Shown: positions 24,231-30,562 of the stretch, in pieces | How the letters are laid out: every line of letters starts with the position of its first letter | Numbering within the stretch: the first letter of the stretch is position 1 | NCBI RefSeq assembly: GCF_006345805.1 | Contig: NW_021832507.1 | Span: forward strand, 1 to 30,562 | Direction: 5' to 3' | DNA: 30,562 nt | Origin: Octopus sinensis | Lineage: Eukaryota | Notes under the pieces: model-generated | The model's input: only the letters and a program-made list of their open reading frames with translations | What the model was told of the DNA's origin: nothing | Databases searched by the model: none | Program-made: the position numbers and the translations under genes

Positions 24231-24460
24231 ATATTCTTTCCCTTTTTCTTTTTCTCACCCTCTCACTTCTATTCTAGCCTTTTCACTTTCTCCTTTTCTG
24301 TCCCTTCGTCTTGTATTCTTAGCCTTTTCTTCTTTTTCTCTTTTTCTCCCTTTATTCCTTCATTATGTAAAGTAATATTCGTAGCCTCTTTAATATAGCT
24401 GTCCGTTCGAGCGGACTCTACTGCGATTTTTTAACCCCAAGCGTCTAGCTGGTTAATTCA

Positions 24461-24742
24461 GGTCGACTAAAGCCTTTGTGAGTGGATACCGTACACGGAA
24501 ACTGAACGAAGACTGTCGTATATATATGTGTATATTTGTGAGTGCGTCTGTGTCTGTGTTTGTACCCTCACCATCGCTTGACAACCGATATTGCTGAGTT
24601 TACGTCCCTTAACTTAGCGGTTCGACAATAGACACCGATAGAATAAGCTTACAAAGAATAAATCATGGGGTCGATTTGTTTGACTAAACGTGGTGCTCCA
24701 GTATGGCCGCAGTAACATGACTGAAACAAGTAAAACAATAAA
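24461..24742 (+). mobile_element. 5'-truncated SINE family A
   Basis: Core and 3' half match the other copies; the head is absent. Confidence 0.75.
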
Positions 24743-24760
24743 ATGCTATGCCATTTTAAT

Positions 24761-24788
24761 CCCGAGCAACGCCGAGTATCTCTGCTAG
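24761..24788 (+). mobile_element. Helitron-type 3' terminus
   Basis: cccgagcaacgccgag-tatctctg-CTAG|T, nearly the same as the 6406 element end. The 5' end is not located. Confidence 0.55.
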
Positions 24789-25234
24789 TATTTGATATAT
24801 AGTTAATATATTTCATGTATCTAATTTGTTTATCCGCATAAATTACCTCTATACCCGCTCAACTTACAGCCTTTCTTTCCAGCCTCTTACAGTCTTTCTG
24901 TACCTTGTGTAATCAATCCCTTGTAAAGACATCTGAGTCTAAGTTAGATTCTTTTGAGACTACTAAGTGGTGGTGGTGGTGGTGGTGGTGGAGATGGTTG
25001 TGATTATTTAAGAATTATCTTTTATCTTTTCTGCTACTGGTTTCAGCCAGATGCTGAGTCCATGTTGGGGCACCGCCTTTCAGTGAGATTGGGTTTGCTT
25101 TTGTGTACTCTTTCTGGTGAAGTAGCGAGTTGGATAAAGCTGGAGTTTTTTTTTTTTTTTTTGTGTGTACCTCCTGCTGCAATATGTTTTCATCCGTATC
25201 TCACAAAAAAATTTTCCACGCGTTCTTTGAAGAC

Positions 25235-25633
25235 CTCCACGTCTACATCCATATAGTTCTCAATGGAAAAGGACAAAGACAATCAGCTAGCATTCCTGGA
25301 CTTATTAATAACACGCACCAAGTGTGGATCCAGGACATCCGTATACCGCAAGCCAACCTTCACTGAACGGTACTTCAACTTCACAAATAAGGGGAGAAGA
25401 ACATCGCAAAGCTGTGACACGAGGAGATATTCATAAATCAGGTATAGCTGATCATGTATGGATAAATGGATGAAGTTAAAATAATAGACAGAGAACACCA
25501 CTGGAAAATACGAAAACTAAAAGAGGCAGCACATATGTTACGACATAATAACCTCCTTGGCAGACCTAGTGCAAATATGAGTAGCATATGGGAACCGGTA
25601 TTAAGGAAGGATAGGAAAATATTAGATTTATAA
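25235..25633 (+). pseudogene. Internally deleted Penelope-like element (RT C-terminus plus GIY-YIG endonuclease C-terminus)
   Basis: SI*FSMEKDKDNQLAFLDLLITRTKCGSRTSVYRKPTFTERYFNF matches the PLE RT FTME.E....L.FLD...YRKPT motif. It is fused to EEHRKAVTRGDIHKSGIADHVW / VKIIDREHHWKIRKLKEAAHM...IWEPVL...* (TAA 25631-25633). Confidence 0.85.
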
Positions 25634-25661
25634 ACCCTAAAATTTACTTCATAATTGCCCA

Positions 25662-25720
25662 CTGGCATATGGCGCGTGCTACTAATCCCAAGATTCCGAG
25701 TTCGATTCCAGGCAGTGATT

Positions 25721-25809
<89 letters not shown>
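25662..25809 (+). mobile_element. Short tRNA-derived SINE with (AAT)n tail
   Basis: TGGCATATGG A-box-like and GAGTTCGATTC B box (25698-25708), followed directly by ~29 AAT units. No complete cloverleaf or acceptor stem. Confidence 0.55.
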
Positions 25810-25810
<1 letters not shown>

Positions 25811-26039
25811 TATAGAGATTGGCTTGTTTCAACAGAAATATATTCGTCTGAGATATTTCTTCGAGCAGGCATCGTAGCGAAATTGTGAAAATTGTGTTTG
25901 TACACACACAACACACACACACACACACACGCACACACACATGCACGCGTACACATGCACACACACGCACGCACGCAAGTACACACACACACATACACAT
26001 ATATACACACATATAGGGAAGGGTCAATAAAGATATATA

Positions 26040-26089
<50 letters not shown>

Positions 26090-26521
26090 CTACGATGACT
26101 AAAAAGAAATAAATGTAATTCTTGCAGCCTATTTGTTTACAACGAAAGATATCAAATTTGGTTTTTATTGGTTTTTATTTTGTTTTTTTTTTTTGTTTTT
26201 TTTTTTTACTGATCTGCGATAATGATATGCTGTTGCTATTTGACCAGAAATCGATGCCGTAGATGTAAACAAGAACAAATACGAATCTTACCTGAAATTT
26301 TCACCTTTTGAGAACTGTCACTAATTAAACAAAAAATGCTTACATACATTTGTTCCATACATTCTAAGGAAGCAAATGTTACCATGTAATTGGAAACTTG
26401 AAATTTGTTTCTAGAATTTTCGTAAAAATGTGGGATTGTCGAAAATTTTAAATATAATACTTTTAAGCCTCGTATTATTGACGAAGAGTCTTTCCGTGCA
26501 ATCTATCAATTTTATAATGTA

Positions 26522-27430
26522 TACGAAGGAGTACCCAAAACTAACTAGAAATATTCTATGTGGGACAAACCCGTTGTAGTTCAGGCCTCCGCCTCTAGAA
26601 GCCACTCGATGCGATCCTCAGGCGTCAGCCTGCCGACCGGCGTCATCGTGTTAAGTCGTATTGCCACGTAGTACGTCTCTGTTTTGCAGTGCTTCTCCCC
26701 TGTTCGCCGATTTTTGCAATGGCTGAAACGAGGGAACAGCGTGCTTCCGTGAAATTCTGTTTTCTGCAAGTGAAAACGGCGGCCGAAACAGCTGTTATGC
26801 TTCAAGCAGCTTACAAGGACACTGCCATGAGGAAAACACAAGATTACTAGTAGTTTCCACGTTTTAGGAATGGTCGCTTGTCACTTGAAGACCAGTCTCG
26901 TTCAGGGAGACCGTTCCTAAAGAACGAATGACAACATCACGGAAACTCATGAACTGATCTTAGCGGACCATTGCGGAACACTTGATGAATATGTTGATAT
27001 GATTGGTTTGTCCTGGAGCTCCTGCCAACGAATTTTGAACGAGGAATTGCGAATGAAAAGTGTTGCAGCAAAAGTTATGCCTCGCCTGCTCATGGAAGAT
27101 CAAAAGCAGTCACGTCTAAATGTGTGTTCATGAGCTGAAAGAACAGTCGGAAGTTGATCCGGACCTTTTTTCGAAGGTCATCACTGGTGACGAAAGCTGG
27201 TGCTACGAAATTTGCAGATGTGGAAGAGGCGAAGAAAAAAACGACGGAGGCGTTAAATTGCATCACTTCGCAAGAATTCCAGGACTGCTTCCAACAGTGG
27301 AAAACGCGTCTGGACCGATGCATTGCTTCAAATGGAGAATACTTTGAAGGCGATAAAAGGGTAAACATGTAAAACTAAGTGAATAAAATAATATTGCAAA
27401 ATTCCTGTTTCGTTTGAGTACTATCTCGCA
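26522..27430 (+). mobile_element. Decayed, internally deleted mariner transposon
   Basis: Degenerate TIRs tacgaaggagtacccaaaactaactagaaat and (reverse complement) tgcgagatagtactcaaacgaaacaggaat flank the transposase remnant. Confidence 0.75.
26719..27372 (+). pseudogene. Mariner transposase pseudogene
   Basis: MAETREQRASVKFCF...RFRNGRLSLEDQSRSGRP...KSVAAKVMPRLL...VITGDESWCY [deletion] KFADVEEAKK...FQDCFQQWKTRLDRCIASNGEYFEGD. Stops and frameshifts are present, and the 2nd and 3rd catalytic aspartates are deleted. Confidence 0.92.
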
Positions 27431-27579
27431 GTATTTCATATTGATACAATTTTAGGTTATTTCGATCGATTTTCAGTTTTGTTACAGGTTTTCTGAACTA
27501 ATAAGATACGTGTTAAACAGCAAGTCGCCATATTGACTAACAGCTTAGAATGAGAAAAATGAATGAAATGAGGAAAGCA

Positions 27580-27779
27580 TCTAACAATACAGAGATAAAA
27601 GTTGCAAAACCTTTATACATTTCAGGCGGAAAGGTCCATTTTCAGAAGAATACAGTCAAAAGAATGTCAACACTCATTTCTATGTAGACTGACATTTCTT
27701 TGACTGTACTCTTCTGAAAATGGACTTTTCCGCCCGAAATATATAAAGATTTTTCAACTTTCATATCTGTATTGTTAGA
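27580..27779. repeat. Inverted repeat or hairpin: 90-bp arms, 20-nt loop
   Basis: 27580-27669 versus the reverse complement of 27690-27779 gives 80/90 identity with no gaps (manual count). Confidence 0.95.
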
Positions 27780-28088
27780 ATTTTTTACTTAATTTCATTT
27801 CCTATTCTACTTACGTACTACAATGCTTCAAGCGAACTACAACACTCTTCTAACATCTTAAGATTTATAATGATTAGTGAAGTTATCAATAAAACAAGTA
27901 TAAAAGAATTTTTAGCAAATTAGAAATGTTTCATAAACTTATAAATATATGAATGTTAAGGATATTAAATTTGTAAAATAATTATTGTGCTTTAGTAGTA
28001 TGACAAGAAATCCAGCGTAAAACACATTTGAGTATCCGTGTGCATTGAGAAGGTATCGGTTGTATGGCTTTTTTTTTTAATCTTATAG

Positions 28089-28138
28089 GCAAGAGAAAAA
28101 GACAGAGATCATGAACCTTTACATGGCCTCCAAGACTG
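28089..28138 (+). CDS. Candidate short host exon (QEKKTEIMNLYMASKT, phase 2 to 1)
   Basis: Strong acceptor ttttttttttaatcttatAG and donor CTG|GTAGGA around 50 nt, open in two frames. Protein not recognised. Confidence 0.35.
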
Positions 28139-28139
28139 G

Positions 28140-28300
28140 TAGGAGGAAATAATGATTTCGATCGGAAATCCGTGGTCGTCACTGGTTCTATTATTCACGT
28201 CGTAGACGGTAACCATCAACTCGGAGATCGTGCCTTCTCGGAGGCATTTGAACTCGGGATGCTTGATTAAGATCGTATGGGCACCGGCACCACCGGAGAT
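28140..28300 (-). pseudogene. Polinton/adintovirus-like minor capsid (penton) C-terminal remnant
   Basis: The minus frame 28300 to 28109 reads ...IKHPEFKCLREGTISELMVTVYDVNNRTSDDHGFPIEIII. This resembles the recalled PEFK.L..G.I.EL...D..N...D.HG.PI terminus of Polinton minor capsid proteins. Confidence 0.55.
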
Positions 28301-28399
28301 TTATAATGAGCACCTAAGGCTCCTCTATGTTGTAAAAGCGCCATCAGTCAGGATTTGGAATGCTCTACTAGGCAAACATATGTTGAGATCCAGGTCAGC

Positions 28400-29033
28400 C
28401 TAAGGGTACAAAGAGTCGGCGACAAAATGATTGGCAACCTCAGCATAGGAGGAAACCGCATCGAAAACGCCTCCTTATTACAATGAACTGATGACAGTGA
28501 TTTCGCTTCGAAAACTTACATAGACGGCATCGTTAAGGCTACGACTTCAGACATCGAATGCAAAGTATTACTACTTGGTGGCACTACTAAACCCATTGAA
28601 AATATAAAGTCGAACAGCAAAAATATTACTAACCTTGCTAATCCAATAAATATACAAGATGCAGCTACAAAATCATATGTTGATGCTAAATTTATAAAGA
28701 CTACCTACTCTTTATCACCAGCGATGGGAAATGAGTCAGCTATACGTACAGTGCCTATCACCGGTGCATCTTCCGCTTATCAAATCTCATTTAATTCCAA
28801 TTTTAGTAGTTTGAATATAGCAACGGAAATAATGGGGACAGTTTATCCTTTAACCAAAAAACGGCGAAGTGTGATAATAACAACCACCTACTTTTAAGTT
28901 ATTTAATTTACATTTAGAAGGGTTGGAGATAATGTTGAAATCTCAAACATGATAGTAAAGTATAGAAATAACTGGTTGGTCTGGTGAAGGGGTTTATCAG
29001 TCAGCTTTCGTTACACTATACGCTACCATTTAA
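28400..29033 (+). pseudogene. Polinton/adintovirus-like fibre/spike-type protein remnant with DAATKxYVD repeats
   Basis: RVGDKMIGNLSIGGNRIENASLLQ*TDDSDFASKTYID...KNITNLANPINIQDAATKSYVD (28622-28684)... open to TAA 28895-28897. A frameshifted continuation ends at TAA 29031-29033. Two copies of the G.L...N.I.NL..P....DAATK.YVD fibre repeat are present. Confidence 0.65.
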
Positions 29034-29088
29034 AGAAAGAAATGATAGTGACGGAGTATCAGGTAAGGCATTTACAAATTTAGTGAAA

Positions 29089-29665
29089 ATGAAGCCAGCT
29101 ACAGCAAGCCAAATCAACACATCGATATATCCCGAACTACCTTTTGGCAGCATTAATGAAGCACTCGCCAAAAATAGGTCTTCTTACTCCAGAAAGGTCT
29201 CGAATAGCGGGACCAACGAACAACCCTTTTCAAGGAGTACCGTCGAGGGTTAACATCCTAGATGGTGTTCACACTGCATTGCTCACAATCGAAGTGGAGA
29301 TCGGCGTCAACAGTATGTCTACTATTATTGCGGCACCAGTTGTCTTGAGCCTTGAAATCGCAGCCTTGGTCTGCGACGTCCTTTGACTGTCCAGTAAATT
29401 CGATAGACGTCGCCTTGAAGTCAACGCGAAAAAAGAATGACATAGATCCGGGTTCAATGAAAAATAACCTGAACTTTATCTCTGACAATGTGTCAACCAG
29501 ATGTTGAATTCCGTTTCATGGTGAACGAGGTCACGAATATGAACAACGAGATCCATGATCGGATACGAAAATCGCATGCCGTAGTTGCCCCCTCGGTGAT
29601 TGATCAGGAGACAAAAAATTCCCTCATTCAACTGTGCTGAGACGAAGCCCAAGTCAGCTCCATAA
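29089..29665 (+). pseudogene. Polinton/adintovirus-like hydrophobic helical protein remnant (the family I recall as GasderminX)
   Basis: Across frameshifts it reads MKPATASQINTSIYPELP..RDQRTTLFKEYRRG/VNILDGVHTALLTIEVEIGVNSMSTIIAAPVVLSLEIAALVCDVL*LSSKF..RRLEVNAKK/..NNLNFISDNVS/DVEFRFMVNEV...IDQETKNSLIQLC*DEAQ. This is colinear with a conserved Polinton ORF (KYRRGVN.D.VDT...STIIAAPVVL.LE..K.KKH..EFR....DEETKNSLI). Confidence 0.75.
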
Positions 29666-30361
29666 TAAAGTTATCAGCTTCACCAAGATATGCAACTTCA
29701 CATATAGCAGTGCTAGCCAAGATAACCTGCCCCAGTACAACTCATGATATTCGTTTACTTATGGTGATATACCTTTGGTTTGTCGACTCTAGGACTCAAA
29801 AAGAGAATAAGCTTCAGATTTCAAGCCTTCAAAATGATATCATAAAAGTAGGCCGTTTGTTGCCAAGGGACTTGGATCCACTTCAGCAACTTTCACTATG
29901 AGGACGATAGCCAGCAGCAAGAATCTCAGGGGCGCAACGTCTGTCTCGCCTATTCACGGGAATACGAGACGAGTAGAGGCCCCATCACTGCCAACAACAC
30001 TCACAGCCCCAATTTCTGAGACATACAATTTCTATGATGTCAGCCCATATTGGAGAGGGTGGTAGGTTGTCCCTCGGGTCTCTTTACAATTTTTTGTGGA
30101 TACGTATGTGTGCATATGTTTGAGGCTCCGCGTTCATAAAAGATTGGCAATTGTAAATGCAAGATCGATCCAGTTGTTGAGCACGCAATCCCTGCTGTTC
30201 CATGAACCGACAAAGGAGCCTCTGCTTGGCGGCTCGACCAGCTAGAAACTGCAGCTAAATGTCCTTCAAATTAAATCCTACCGTCTTAAAAATAGAAAAG
30301 ACGGGATGATTAAGCTTGCAGTACATTTGACCATAGCTGTGTTCGACCAGGGCTGACCAAG

Positions 30362-30413
30362 TATTACTATTAAAGCTACATCACTATCACCAACGCTGCC
30401 ACTATCATCACAA

Positions 30414-30445
<32 letters not shown>

Positions 30446-30562
30446 CCAATACCGCAGATATCGTCAACACCACTATTACCACCGCAACCACAAACCATGA
30501 CCACAGAAATCATCACCACCGCTGCTACAACCACCACCATTACCACTACAATGGCAACATCA
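30362..30562. repeat. Degenerate (CAT)n/(CAC)n trinucleotide tract
   Basis: Read directly; it runs to the window end. Confidence 0.85.

Noticed and set aside
25662-25715. Functional tRNA gene
   Set aside because: A and B boxes are present, but the D arm is truncated, there is no acceptor stem, and it runs into (AAT)n; it is a SINE head.
28486-28520. CTGATGA...GAAA hammerhead-like spacing
   Set aside because: Stem II is out of register, and the segment lies in the fibre-like coding frame.
29700-30365. Probable further decayed retroelement or SINE sequence, including ORF 29710-29901
   Set aside because: It resembles dispersed repeats from memory, but has no second copy in the window and no diagnostic motif, so it is left uncalled.

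Overview
AT-rich, microsatellite-saturated eukaryotic non-coding DNA, probably intronic. From recall, the SINE families look like those of octopus or another coleoid cephalopod; this is inference, not a database result. No complete intact gene is visible, and almost all ORFs in the supplied track are microsatellite or SINE artefacts. The window is a mosaic of mobile-element relics: two tRNA-derived SINE families (many copies, one head-to-tail array), 3' fragments of Tx1/L1-like, R4/Dong-like (RLE), RTE and CR1-like LINEs, a Penelope RT/GIY-YIG remnant, a deleted mariner, a mariner MITE, hAT-like and TIR MITEs, non-autonomous Helitrons, and a TA-embedded element with 159-bp direct terminal repeats present in inverted copies. 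Two short candidate host exons lie on the + strand. The most notable items are (i) a decayed Polinton/Maverick (adintovirus-like) structural gene cluster at ~28.1-29.7 kb that the ORF track largely misses, (ii) a ~1.1-kb fold-back palindrome at 4.8-5.9 kb, (iii) retroelements that each sit in one specific microsatellite type, and (iv) a 90-bp hairpin at 27.6-27.8 kb. All protein-family calls come from manual translation and motif recognition.
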